From NCBI GenBank assembly GCA_964019335.1, contig OZ025718.1:310001-374000 (forward strand): a stretch of 64,000 nucleotides of DNA, read 5' to 3'. Within the stretch, counting starts at the first letter, position 1; each line of letters starts with the position of its first letter. This document shows positions 9,897-22,600 of this stretch, in pieces. A model generated the notes under the pieces. That model saw only the letters and a list, made by a program, of their open reading frames with translations, had not been told where the DNA came from and searched no databases. The position numbers and the translations under genes were made by a program. Source of the DNA: Diplonema japonicum. Lineage: Eukaryota; Protista; Euglenozoa: Diplonemea.

Positions 9897-12222
9897 TCAG
9901 TCCGACGAATTCCTCCTTGTGGGTGTGAAGTAGGGTGTGCAAGACATACCTTCGACGCCTTCTTTGCTTATGTTTGTCACTGCTGTCGCTCCTGTCCCTC
10001 CTTCGCCGTCTGTCTTTGTCGCTCCTGTCAGCGCTCCTTCTTCTCCTCTTTTCCTTTTTCTCTTTCTTCTCACTGCGATCGTCTTTCCTGTCACTGCGGT
10101 CTTCGCTCGCGTCCCTCCTCCTCCTCCGGTCTTCTTTTTCACTGTCGTCGCGCCTCCTTCTGTCCTTCTCGTCCCTTCTCCTCCTGTCCCTGTCCTTCCT
10201 GTCTCTGTCACTTTCCCTGTCCCTTCTTCTCCTGTCCCTGTCTTCGCTTCTGTCCCTTTCGTCTCTGTCCTTCGATTTGTCGCGCCTCGAATCTCTGTCT
10301 CTATCCTTATCCTTGTCTTTTCTATCCTTGTCCTTGTGATCTCTGTCCCTGTCCTTGTCCTTGTCCCTATCCCTATCCCGGTCTTTGTGCTCCCTATCCC
10401 TATCCCTGTCCTTATCTTTACTTTTTTCTTTGTTGTCATCGTCTCTCTCTTTCCTGTCCCTGTCCCTGTCCTTAGTTTTTTCTTTTTCGTCGTCGTCTCT
10501 CTCTTTCCTGTCTCTGTCCCTATCCCTGTCCCTTCTTTCCCTATCCCTATCTTTGTCCCTGTCTTTTCTATCCTTGTGTTCCCTGTCCCTGTCCCTGTCC
10601 CTGTCCCTATGTCTGTCTCTGTCTCTGTCTCTGTCTTTATTTCTTCTTTCTCTGTCCCTGTCCCTATCTGTGTCCTTGTCTCTGTCCCTTCTTTCCCTGT
10701 CTCTGTCCCTATCCGTGTCTTTGTTTTTATCCCTTCTTTCCCTGTCCCTGTCTCTGTCTCTGTCTCTGTCTTTGTCCCTGTCTCTGTCTCTGTCCCTGTC
10801 TCTGTCCGTGTCTTTGTCTCTGTCCCTTCTTTCCCTGTCTCTGTCCTTATCCCTATCCCTGTGCTCCCTGTCCCTATCTCTGTCCTTGTGTTCCCTGTCT
10901 CTGTCCTTGTGCTCCCTGTCCCTGTCTCTGTCCTTCGTTTCTCCCTTTTCAGGTTCTTCAGCTTTTTTCAATCCTGTAGGAGGGGGAACAGGGGGGAGAG
11001 GAGGGTGAGTGGGAGCAACTGGGTTCGGTTCTGCATGCGGCACCGGCTCCCTATCCCTGCCATAGCCCCCTCTGTATCTCCTGCCGTCCCTGAGGTCGCG
11101 CTCCCTCCTGCGCTCGTCGAATTCACGGTCCTTTCTTTCCCTTTCGAATCTGCGTTCCTCCTCCTCTTTGGCCACCTCTTCCCGTTCCTGTTTCTCCTTC
11201 TCCAGACCGTTGCAGTAGAGCGTGTAGACGGTTTGTATCTTGAACCAGGCCTTTTCGTCTTCCTCACGTTCCCAGAACGGCTGGGTGTCGTGCTTCGTGC
11301 CGAGGGAGAGGGGGTCGTGGCAAGGAAGGGCGACGAGGTGAGTCTTCAGGTGCTCACGGACTTGCTGTAGGTTTTTTTTTTCTTTTCTTTTTTTTTACTT
11401 TTTTTTTTTTCCCTTTTTCTTTTCTTACCCTCCCGGCCATACCTTTGCTTCGATTGTGTCAGACGCAGCATGCATGAGAGGGGTAGGTGTGGAAGCGGTT
11501 GGTGGGCGAACGATGGAGATGGTGCCGTTGGCGGGTTCCTTCTCAACACGTGAGCCGTTCTCCTTCTCGACAAGGACGAGGCCGTCTTCGAATTCAAAGG
11601 TGCGGCCGTCTGACGTCTCGGTCACACGGAGCACGCTGCCGTGTGCTGGAACGTACTCTGCTTCCACTTCTTCGATTTCTTGCTTGCGTTTCACCTCGGG
11701 GTCCTCGGAGGCAGCAGGCTTCTCGGTAATGGAGGTTTCTTTCTCTTTGTCCTCAGCCAGCTTCGTCTGTAGGTCAAGCGTCCGCTTTGCGGCTTTCATG
11801 CGCTCCGCGATCTCTTCTTCGAGGAGTTCTCGTTGGTGGAGGTACTTCTTGACGCTTTGCATGACCTTGTCTTCGGCTTTAACTCGCATCTCCTGGTCAC
11901 GGACGGGGAGCCCGTCTAGGAGCCTTGCTGCCCGCATGAGGCCTTCGACTGATTTGAACACAACAATGCCTACCTTTTTCATGCCACCGTTTTTGATGTC
12001 CTGCATCCTGTCCCACGACTCGACCACGCCGCAGCATTCTAGCAAGTCCCTTACCAGATCGTTGGGGGTGTCCTTGTGGAGGTTGATGATACCCCCTGTC
12101 ACGGAGTGGTCGGACAGGTACGGGTGCAGTACTGACGAACCGGTGATCACGGCAGCCGACACTATAGGCGGCATGGCAGGCGGCATGGGCGGCCCCCCTG
12201 CGCCTGGTATCACTAACGCCAT
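9897..12222 (-). CDS. RBM25/Snu71-like splicing factor: RRM plus long RD/RE repeat region, no visible PWI domain
   Basis: [30 protein letters not shown]...RAARLLDG is an RBM25-type RRM. Intron 11365-11442 is in frame; probable 34-nt last intron at 9916-9949 (end RRNSSD*). The start is uncertain because upstream candidate introns exist at 12238-12314 and 12359-12417. Confidence 0.75.
10080..10935 (-). repeat. Coding low-complexity (DR)n / DRDRE(H/R)K repeat array
   Basis: Tandem GACAGG/GACAGA/GATAGG hexamers encoding Asp-Arg, arranged in higher-order units. Confidence 0.95.
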
Positions 12223-12273
12223 GTTGTCCACGCCCCCCTTTTAATTTTTTTTTTTTTTTTTTTTTTTTTTTGG

Positions 12274-12307
<34 letters not shown>

Positions 12308-12398
12308 CACACACAGCAGCCTTAGGAGCTTTCCAAGAACCGCAGGGTGAACAGCATACTGGAATCGTTGAGAATATCAAAAAAAAAAAAAAAAAAAA

Positions 12399-12749
12399 GA
12401 GAGACATTTAAGGGTACCTGCGGTATGTGACAGGACCTTAAAAAAAAAAAAAAAACTCGATGATTTAAAGGAAGCCGGTGGGGGCACCCTGCACAAGCAC
12501 CATTTACTTGATTACAGGGGGCGCACCTCGGCCTAGCTGTAGCTTCTTCTGCGTTCCGCGTCGTGTCCTTAATGCGTGCGGTGTGCAGCTCAACCGGGGC
12601 GCCCCGGGTAACCAAGATTCTGAGCCCGGTTGCTGCCTGTTCGCCACCCAGAGCATCTGCTTCTTCCACTTGGGCGCTATGATGACCGACGGGAGGTCAA
12701 CAGCGAACAACACATCTTCTTTATATTTCCATGTTATCCCCACCACCTT
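12399..12749. mobile_element. Dispersed repeat family A, copy 1 (38-nt hairpin motif plus body)
   Basis: Body TACTTGATTACAGGGGGCGC...TTATCCCCACCACC is shared with 48146-48417 and partly with 60873-61076. Motif GAGAGACATTTAAGGGTACCTGCGGTATGTGACAGGAC lies at 12399-12436. Confidence 0.8.
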
Positions 12750-13709
12750 GGCCTTAAAAAAAAGAAAAACGCGTGATCCCCCCCCTCCCCCCTCCTCGTT
12801 TCCCCTTCTTACCAACAGAAAAAAAAAAAGAATGCGCAACAAGGTAGAACGAAAAAAAAGAAGGGTGGGGAGGGGGTGAAAAAATAAGTCGGGGTGCGGA
12901 AAGGATGGGGGGGAGTGTCAGTATAAACAAAGTCAATTCAAAAAAAAGGGGGGGGGAGTGCCACGATGGCAAAGTGGGAAAACTTGAAGAATACAGGTAT
13001 CCCACATGGGGGGGGGGGGGTTTCTTTCTTTCTTTCTTTTTTTTTCCCAGAAGGTTTATTATTTTTTTTTCTTTGTGTATCAGGGACGAGGGGAAAAAAA
13101 AAAAAGGAGAGGAGTAACCCCAGGTGAGCATATCTGTTGCTCCCTAGTTCTCCTGCGCAATATCTAACTCCCCTGTAGAAGGGCTGTTAATAACCTAGTG
13201 AAGACAAGAGGGAGTCCCCCCTCCCCCTTTTTTTTGTTTTTCTCTTTCTTATTCTTTCTTTTCCTCTAGAGAATTCAAGCAAACAAGAACGATTATAGGG
13301 CTTCCAAGAGCCTTCACATAATACCGTTACATATATAAAAAAAGAGAAGAAAAAGAAAAAAAAAAAGAAATACTGCAAAACCTCATTAGGTATTTCCCAG
13401 GGGAAGAATAATAAATAAAAGGAAACTTTCAGAAGAAGAAAAAGGTCAAAACTGTGACGGCTAGGTACTCGGTCTTTACGTTAGTACCCCCCCCCCCCCC
13501 CCCCCCTTCCTCCGCTTCTACTGAGCTGCCATAATGGCCTCGAAAAGGAGGGGCAACATGATTTTTTTTTTTTTTTTTTTTTTTTTTGCATATTAACACA
13601 CATTAAAGTAGACGTAGACAACAAACGTGAGAGTAGGCATTTTTTTTTTTCTTTATGAAATACTAACGTATTTCAAGTTATTAATTTCTCCCCCGTGTAT
13701 TTCCTCATA

Positions 13710-13909
13710 NNNNNNNNNNNNNNNNNNNNNNNNNNNNNNNNNNNNNNNNNNNNNNNNNNNNNNNNNNNNNNNNNNNNNNNNNNNNNNNNNNNNNNNNNNN
13801 NNNNNNNNNNNNNNNNNNNNNNNNNNNNNNNNNNNNNNNNNNNNNNNNNNNNNNNNNNNNNNNNNNNNNNNNNNNNNNNNNNNNNNNNNNNNNNNNNNNN
13901 NNNNNNNNN
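13710..13909. other. Assembly gap (200 N)
   Basis: Run of n characters. Confidence 1.
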
Positions 13910-14200
13910 AATAATAAAAACTGTGAAGACAAAAAAAAAAGAAAAAAAAAAAAAAAAAAAAAAGAGACTAAATGCCGTATTCGCAAAGTAAGGGGTTGCC
14001 TTGTTCTCTGTTCTCTTGACAGATTGCCTTGGCCCCCCTCGGAGCCAATTTTTATTCTTAGGTCCTTCGTACACCACTGACCTTGTCTCGGGGGGAATAA
14101 AAAAAAAACCCCCCCCAGTACAACCCTACAAATATTTTTCTCTCTTTTTTTTTTTTTTTTTTCTTTCTTCTTCCATTTTCTTTTATCCCAGTTATCACCT

Positions 14201-16077
14201 TCATGTGGGCACTGGCTCAGCAGGTATGGCAGTAGCAGGCCTGGCAGAAGGGGAGGATGGTTGTGACCCGGGATGCATAGGGTCAGCGTGCTTCGCCCTG
14301 CAGGGATTTTTTTTACCCTCCCCCACATACTTCTTAATCTTGGTAATAATAGCATTCAAGGTAACCACCCTCAGCAAGTGCTCCTGGACCTGCGGGTTGT
14401 CGATAAATTCAAATACTGAATCCAAGAGCAAGTCCGCGTTGTCCTTGTATTTCATTAGCTTCGTGTCCGGCTTCTCCGCTGCCCTGGTGGCGATCACCTG
14501 CTGGGCAATACGACCCTTGAAGGCATCGATCCCACCGTTCTCCAGCATCACCTCCAGCTCCTCCATCGACTCAGGATGATCGCTCACAAAATCAGCAATC
14601 CTCGACATCTGTTTTTTTTTTTTTTTTTTTCTTTTTTTTTCATTTTGTAATATTATACCAGGTCGACAACGTCCTCCAAGGTAAGTTTTTCCTCTTGTTC
14701 CTTACTAGGAGGGTCCTTGCCCCATGGTTTCCATCCGCCTTCAGATGGTTTGGACCCGCTGTGGGGGAACAACATAACTCCGATTGCTTGTTTCATCTCA
14801 GGTTCATCCTTATAAGCCATCACACCATCTGCCAAGCCGGGAATATTATCTTTAAACGGTGCAAGTTTCGACCGCGGGTTTTCCATCAACCGTCTTGACA
14901 CGAGCTCATGCCCGGCTGTGAAGGTAAGGAAGGCTTCCTTGAGGTTCTCCCCGATGGACCCACCATCACGTTGAGAGGCTTCCATGAACGATGTGCGGAT
15001 TTCAGCATACGCGGGGTCTTTCAGCATTTGTGTCATTGACGTGACGAGTTCCATTGCAAAGTCTTTTGTAATGCGGTAAGCACCGGAGGTTTGTTTCAGG
15101 GTTTCGTACCTGTCCCATAATTCGTTGTGGGCGACGAAGTTGGCAAGGAGGGACCTGGTGCCAACGCGGTCGAACCTTTGAATGCAGGTTGTTACATAGT
15201 GGAACATGGCTTTCAACTGCGGTAGTTTTTTCGTAGAGGACGTGCAGTTTAATGATGGGTTGACGAGATCGCAGATTGACAATGGGTCGGAGTGTGTTTT
15301 TGCCACAAAAGTCGCAGTTTGCTCGTCTGTTTTCGAAATGGTAATTGTTTGCGCATCAAAGTCAAAACCAGCATAGAATCTGAAGAACTCCCGCAGAACC
15401 CACCCAATATCGGGAAACGAAGGCCCGTCCTTCATCTTTTCAAACAGCGCGACAGCCATAATGGTGACCGCGTGTGATGGGAGACCCGACACATTGTCGA
15501 TTAAATTCATTTGTCTTAAAACAGCTCGTATGACTATGACAACTTGCCGGTGTCTGGGATACGTTTTGAAATAGCTTGAGATTAATGAAACCGCTGCACG
15601 TTCTGTGCAGTGGCCTACTCGAAATCTGACGGTGGCGTCGAATTTTGCGTTGGCCCAACCTGCAGCGAGCTTCGATAGGGCAGCTGCTGGGACAATAAGA
15701 CCGTCCCCTCCTGGGATCATAGATGTTGGGACGCCTAGATTGTCTAACGCTGTCTTAAATGAGACTTGTGGGTCGGTTGGTGGAACTGACGGTGTTTCTA
15801 CTACTAGGTCGAGGCCTGAACCGAACGTGTCCAAGCCCGTCGCGCAACTTCCTATGATTTTTATCGTTGCCTCTGGGATGTGCATTTGGGCGACGGCTTG
15901 GAGCGTGGTTCTCAGAGCGGTTCTCCGCGCGCGTTCCGTCTCGGTCGCCGATACAAATTTGCAGAACGCCTCGATCTCCGTCGCAGCGTCGACGCTTCCG
16001 TCGTTCAAAAGCCCTGCCTGCATTAGCCATGGGGGGTTCTTCACCGCGGGTTTTGGTTTTTGACTCCTCGGAGGCAT
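14201..16077 (-). CDS. TRF4/PAPD5-like non-canonical poly(A) polymerase family protein with an altered catalytic motif
   Basis: EIEAFCKFVSATETERARR, IIGSCATGLDTFGSGLDLVV, SGLPSHAVTIM, GWVLREFFRFYA, PLSICDLVNPSLN. Intron 14609-14658 joins the 14201-14608 exon in phase 0. Confidence 0.8.
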
Positions 16078-17332
16078 TTTTTTTTTCTCTTTTTTTTTTC
16101 CCCTTTTATTCGTTGTGACATATACTGTGAAAAGAAAAAAAAAAAACTGAGGGTCAAAAAGAAACATAAACATGGAAGAATGGGGGGGGGGGGGGGGGGA
16201 GACACCTTTTTGCTGCCGCTATATTTTTTTGTGCATTTTTTTCCCTTCTTAATTCTACCAAGCTGTAATACAGGGGGGGGGGGGGGGGGGGATACGCAGA
16301 AGAAAAAAAGATGTCTTTGAAAAAAAAAATGGGGCAGCCTGCTGCGGGTATTTTTCTTTTTATTTTTTTGTTTTCAAAAAAAAAAAGGGGGTAAGAGGGT
16401 AAACGACAAGCTTGCGAACAGACAGTTCGTACCTTAGATACTTTTATCCCGAAATTTCCACATTCCAGGCTTGAAAATCATATAATGGCATTACCCCCTT
16501 CGGAGTTCTTTGAAGTCCATTTAGGTACAAGGTTGTGCAAAGGAGAGAGTTGGGAAGAGTTCTAATAAGCTGTGTTTTAAGGGTCCTACCCCTCTTTTTT
16601 TTTTTTAAAACTATTTTATTCATTTTCCGGTTTTCTTTCTTTTTTTTTTTTAAGTGAGACATTTTCCCGAAATAATTCATTTCAGGGCTGAACAAGGGGA
16701 AAAGGGGGCAGGAGGAGAAAGGGTTGCCCCCCCCCCCCCCCCCCCACCCTCAATTCAAAAAAATTCCGTTCTCATAATTGTGTCCATTAATTCTTTTTTT
16801 TTTTGTTCTCCCTTTCTTGTCAAAAGGCAGTGACAGGATGGTATTGGAGAGGGGGGGGGAAAACCCCCCTCCCTCCCCCAAAAAAAGATAAAGAGAAAGA
16901 AAAAAAAAACCGCCCCTCTTATTGCCTTTTGTTGCCTACAACTACTGTTTATAATAACCGGAAGTAAAAAATAGAAAAGAAAAAAAAAAATAGAAAAGAA
17001 AAAAATACAAAGGGAAACAATATATTTAAAAAAAAAAAAGAAAGAAAGAAAGAGGAGAAAAGCAAATATTACCAAGGCAAACGCACCCCCTCCCCTCATT
17101 CTACTTCTGCTTCTTTTTTTTCTTTTTTTTTTTTTTCCTTCTTCTTTTATTCTTTTTTTTTTTTTTTTTGTTTGTATTACTTTGGGGCCAAGCAAAAGGT
17201 TCCGCTTACTCTTGACTCTGAAAGGAACGTGGCCGTTGCTTGCAACGTGCCGGAGGAGGGGGGAAGGAGGGGAGCGGGTACAAACCTAAGAAAAGTTTAT
17301 AAAACCCACAAACACGTTGCCAACATTCCCCT

Positions 17333-17378
<46 letters not shown>

Positions 17379-17408
17379 CACACAGAAAAAAAAAAAAGAT
17401 TTTTTTTT

Positions 17409-17453
17409 TTAATGAGTCCGAATATGTTGGGGCGATACACCTTATTTATTTTA

Positions 17454-17488
<35 letters not shown>

Positions 17489-19067
17489 CCCCCCTATTCC
17501 CAAATCCCATACCAGTCGAATGGCTGCCATCTTCCCAACAAATTGTATATGTCAAACTCTCATGATCGACGGAGAAAATAGTAGCAGGGTACACCTCCCC
17601 CCTGAACACAGCACTCACAGTGTCCCCTGGAGAATATAATTTCGACGGCGTACGAGAAACAGACTGGATATCACCGGGCAGCACTCCGTTGGTATAAGAC
17701 CCATCAGCCCAGAAAACTACATAAGTCCCATTCCGCAGAATAGAGTGAATGGTGGCAGGGTGGTAAGACCCTGCAAACATAGCAAGAACTTTTGTTCCAG
17801 GTGTGAACCCCATGGGAGGTGTAGTAGCCGAAGGAGAGTACGGCGAACTAGAGTCTCGAACTTCTTCAAGCGAAGTAGAATCTGACGCGGATACAGAAGC
17901 AACATTTCTAACATGTTGCTGCGGTTGTGGTTGTGATTGTGGTTGCTGCCCTGCTGTCCGGAGCTTTCCTAGAGGGCTTGCCATTCCGCTTCCGCCTTGA
18001 TACACCCCCGTACGCTTCCAGTCGAGCTTTTCAAGATTTTTCCCGCCATGCTGGTCTCGCAATCTTGCGAATAGGTCAGAGTACATTCTGTAGTCAGGTG
18101 TTTCGTCGTATTTTAAACTTCTTGTTAAATGCATGAACATCTCCACTGCTTGTGGACAGCCTTCGCACATGTCAGCAACAGAATGCTTGTCTTTCCAGTC
18201 TGCTATGTGATCGTGACGTTTTCGTTTGTCAGTTGTTTTAACCGGTTCGTCGTGCCACGGTAGTTTTCCACGTATCATGTGAACCAACATGTACCCTACA
18301 GCTTCCATGTCATCCCGAAGAGTTTGTTCGATTCCTTTATGAGCATTTAGTGAAACATATCGGATTGTCCCAGCGGGCTTTCCTCCCGTGCGTGGGATGG
18401 CTCTATACGAGCGTCGCTTAGCGAGGCCGAAGTCGCAAATGAAGATTTTGCTTGATTCGCGGTTTCGGCCGATTAGAAAGTTTTGAGGCTTCACGTCCCG
18501 GTGTATATAACCTTTTTCATGAACGTATTTAAGACAATCGATTACTTGTATTGCTATGCACGCTGCCGTGTGAACGGAGAATTTCCCCCCGCAAAGTTTT
18601 AACAAATCGCCCAAAGACGGTCCCAATAGTTCTTGAACCAGTACCGAGCACCCATCGTCAAGTCGTGTGTAAAGAAGCGGCTGCGGGACGAGCCGGGCTG
18701 ATATTGATGTACCTGTAGCTAGAAAATCGAGAATTGCGTGCTCGCCGCCTAACCGAGATACCCCTCGGATTTTTTGGACATCCTCGATTTTGAAGGCTAC
18801 TGGTGCGCCAGTTCCGGTTTCTCTCCCCACGTAGCAATCTGAGAACGAACCGCCTCCGATTCTTCCATCTATTACGTATAAGCCGTTCACGTTTGTCTCG
18901 CTCCAATCTCTTCCTTTTTTCTGTTCCGCGTCTTTTGGTAGGCTTCTGTCGCGTCTAACGGACGACGGTGGGCCTTTGTGTCTCCCCGACACCCTTGGGC
19001 TTGTACCCCCGTCGCTTCTCACCCTCAGCGGGGGGGTCGGTGGTTGGTACGGTTGCTTATGTGACAT
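17409..19067 (-). CDS. Casein kinase 1 family kinase with C-terminal tandem Tudor-like domains
   Basis: IGGGSFS, ELLGPSL, HRDVKPQNFLIG, DFGLAK, GTIRYVSLNAHKGIEQTLRDDMEA. Two Tudor-like repeats (FTPGTKVLAMFAGSYHPATI...YVVFWADGS). Intron 17441-17512 gives the end GVSPQHIRTH*. Confidence 0.9.
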
Positions 19068-19629
19068 TTCCCAGTACCTTTTATTTTTTTTATTTGTTTT
19101 TTTTTTTTTTTTTTTTTCTTCTTTTGTTGTCGTTTTTTTTTTTTTATCTTTGTTAAGAATATATTTTTAAAAAAAAAAGAAAGAAGTATAAGTGAGAGAC
19201 AGAAACCAGTAAACGTAACAGAAGTTCTTTTTTTTTTGGAGGGGGGAAGGGGGGGAGGAGGACAAAAAAAGGTACTCTCGGTGAAAGAAAGAAAAAAGAC
19301 GGGGGGGAGCTATAGCACAGCACAATGAATAAAAAAAGGGACTAGAAGAGAAAAAAAAAAAGAAACAGGAAAAAAAAAACAAGAAACAAAAAAAAAAAAA
19401 AAAAAAACGAATAGAGGTTCGTGGATGAGAAAATAAAAAAAATAAAAAGATCTTTCTTTTCTTTTCTTTTCTTTACTTTTTTGGTGTCGTTGTATACCCG
19501 GAAAAAAAAAAAAAAAAAAAAAAAAAACCAAAGAAAGAGAAAGTAAATAGGGGAATAGGTGGTATTCTTTCTCTCTTTTCTGTCCCCCCTCCCCATTCTT
19601 TTTTTTTTTTCCATCTTTCCCCCCCAAAT

Positions 19630-22600
19630 TCACTCATCCAACAACACCTCTCGCAATTCATGGGGTCGAGGAGGGGACGTTGGAACTAATATAGGCCCTT
19701 GCGGGCATCGCCGCCGCTTGGGAGTAACCTTAGGCGAACGGAGCATGAGGTACCCAAATGGGGTGGGCTGTAATTTTTTTTTTTTTTTTCCGCCCAATTA
19801 TTTTTATCATACCTGTAAATTCCCAGGTTTTCTGAGCACATCTGGTCCAAAGCACATGGCCTGCACCCACCTTAGCAGGTCGTAAGGCAATCTTTTGTTT
19901 TTCCGTGTCGGCACGGTGGTCTCAGACAGACGTCTCTGCCACAACAGAAAAAGCCTGACCTCTCTACACCGCACCTCGTACGTTGGGATCAACGTCGACA
20001 GCAGTTTTATCTCGTTCCCCTTATTCGCATTGAGCATTGTTTTCAAAGCTCCTTCCTCCTCATCAGTAGCGTGAAGCCGATACATATCGCTGAGCCCTTC
20101 AACATGACGAAGAGCCTGCTCCTTTCTTGTCCGACGGATGACCAATGCCCAGACAATGAAGCCCGCGGACGGGAGGAGAAGAAGAAGCAAAGGAAGCAAC
20201 GACACCGATGCGACCCGCCTGCAGTCGGCAGGATGTCCGAACGACGTTCCAGGTCTGTTCGTGCACAGACAGGTAAAATCGTCCTCTGTCCATGACGCGG
20301 TTGTCGGTTCCAAACAAAGCTGTGACGACCGGTGTGTGTTGGGAACCCAGACAACATCAGTGAAGACAGCCTCGGAACAGTCGTCCGCCTGGCATTCATT
20401 GTGCCCGGTTGCCGACATCCGCAATACTGCGAAAGACACCATCCCCGATGAAACGTGAATCTCCTCCGACGTTCCCTCTACCAACCATTCATGTTCACCC
20501 AACACCGTATCTGTACTGTTCCCCCCGTAGTCCTCCGCGCCCCATGACACGACGCCTGTTGAGGCCCCGTATCCCGCGAAGGCTCGGCGTGTCGGGACTA
20601 TCCCTCTGTACCTTGCTGATACGTTTTCTGTTGTCTCGCCGTAATCATCGACATCCATAGGCGACACGAAGTCGAACCCGGATTTAATATATTTCGGGCT
20701 TTCCACAGCGGTCGGCGGGTTGTCGCCACTACCCGTGTCTTGGAAATAATACCCAAGACAGTTGTCGGGCTCGAAGAACGTGCATTTTGCATCGACAGAG
20801 CACGCGTACGAACAGTCCGACAGCGACGACGTCACATTCACTTCCGGATTAAGCACGTGGTAGTAAAACCCCCTTATCGAAACAGGTCTGAACGTTACCG
20901 TAACCGACACACCTGTTGAACCGGGAATGGAAACTGTAACGAATTCTGTGTACACATTGCGCATGAGGGGAACTCTTGTAAAGTTTGCAGGCAGATCGAG
21001 AGCGACATCGTCAAGGAGGATGACCCAAGAAGTAGGGTCGTATGCGGGCTGTCTGTTCGATGTTAAGACGCGGAACTGCATCGTGGTCTCGTTCAGCGGG
21101 GCGGGGAGGGAGAGAGTGAAGGTGGTCTCAGACGAGTTCGCTGTTCTGTTCTCGATTGCTTGAAACCCCTCTACCAAGAGCTCGATTTTCGCGTAGCTCG
21201 GGGTCAGATCCGTGCGTTTCTTCACCCAACACAACCCGTTGCCCGCAGCCGCTCCCATTGAAGCATCTGTTTTGTTGATAAAATGCACGTAGCTGCATCC
21301 CCCGAGACTCGTATCCTGTTCCACCGCATCGCATCCTGTCTCATTCAAACATCCGTCTTTGCACTCGTCCATGTCGGTTGTATCTGGTTGCGGTGTCACG
21401 GCGCTTTTGCTGCAGATTTCATCTCCTTGGCTTGGTGTGAAGTCCTGGTTGTCCCATGAGTCATCCGGCTCGATCTTGGCAACGTACTCACGAACTGTGT
21501 ATAAGTCGTATCTGAACTGGTTCCGCACCCCGCCTCCATGCCAGCCTACAGACCCGTTGTATGTACAGGCCCCACGGTACCATGGTGCGCAGTATTCCCC
21601 GTTCGGTACTGGGAATTCGAACCCCGTGCAGCCTGGTTTTTCCAAACACCGTTGCGCGCACTCTTCCGCAGTGTGCGAGTACTTCAGCACCTCGTAGTCT
21701 CGAGGCGGTTGGTACCCTTCCCAGTAACACCCGTAACCCTCCAATCTGTAAAACCGTGTTAAGAGATCGGGCTCTGTTTTTGCAGTCACTACGCTCCCTG
21801 AAGCGTACTGGACAGAGACGGCACCGATCGATGTCGTGAGTGATGCTGGTTGGGTCATTGGAGGGTTTGGTATTGGGCCGGGCAACGTGGAATACATGTC
21901 GGGTGTAAAATCCAGCCCGCCTCCCAACCCAGGGAGGAACGATAATGTATCGTTCGCGTAGACGATGAAGACCTCCGACGAGGTGTGCACGACGGACGGA
22001 GACAGCAAGGGGTATACCTTCCAGTTGGTGACAGGGTTCGGCCACACTGTGACGTCGCCGTCATCGGTGACCGCAAGGAACGACTTCCTCGTCGAGTAGA
22101 TCCCCCTGATATTGACAGAAACCTCCGGTGGAGACAGGTTTTCCTGTTTGTAGCAAACACGTTCCTTTACATCCTCTGCGCCCCATGTAACAGCAAGATC
22201 GTTAGTAACGCTGCATTTGTCGCCCTCTTCAACAACCGTATAAGTGAGCTTCATCATGACAGCGTATTGCTCGCAAAGGTGCTCGGTTGTGACTTGGGTG
22301 TACTCGTCAATGCAAGGTTTGTAAGTGGAGTAGAATGTGATGCCTTGGTTACCACCACGATCGTGCATTCCCCACGTGACAATCTTTTGAGACGAAGTTA
22401 ACGATGCGAACGACGCTTCTGTCGAAGAAATCGCGACGACATCAGTCAGCAATGCTACGGAGGAGGCGGGTATTGACCCACCATGGTTGGTGTTCCCCCA
22501 TGAATGGACGGAGCCTGTTGACAGCAACACGGTGAAGGCAGCTCGTGTCGCGTGGATCTCCACCACGTTCGCCAGAACAACGTCGTTCATATCACCACCT

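Noticed and set aside
9711-11370. Long plus-strand ORFs (477, 254, 217 aa) rich in SL/VP dipeptides
   Set aside because: Antisense shadows of the (DR)n repeat, which contains no stop codons on the reverse strand.
13710-13909. ORFs spanning the N run
   Set aside because: Artefacts of the assembly gap.
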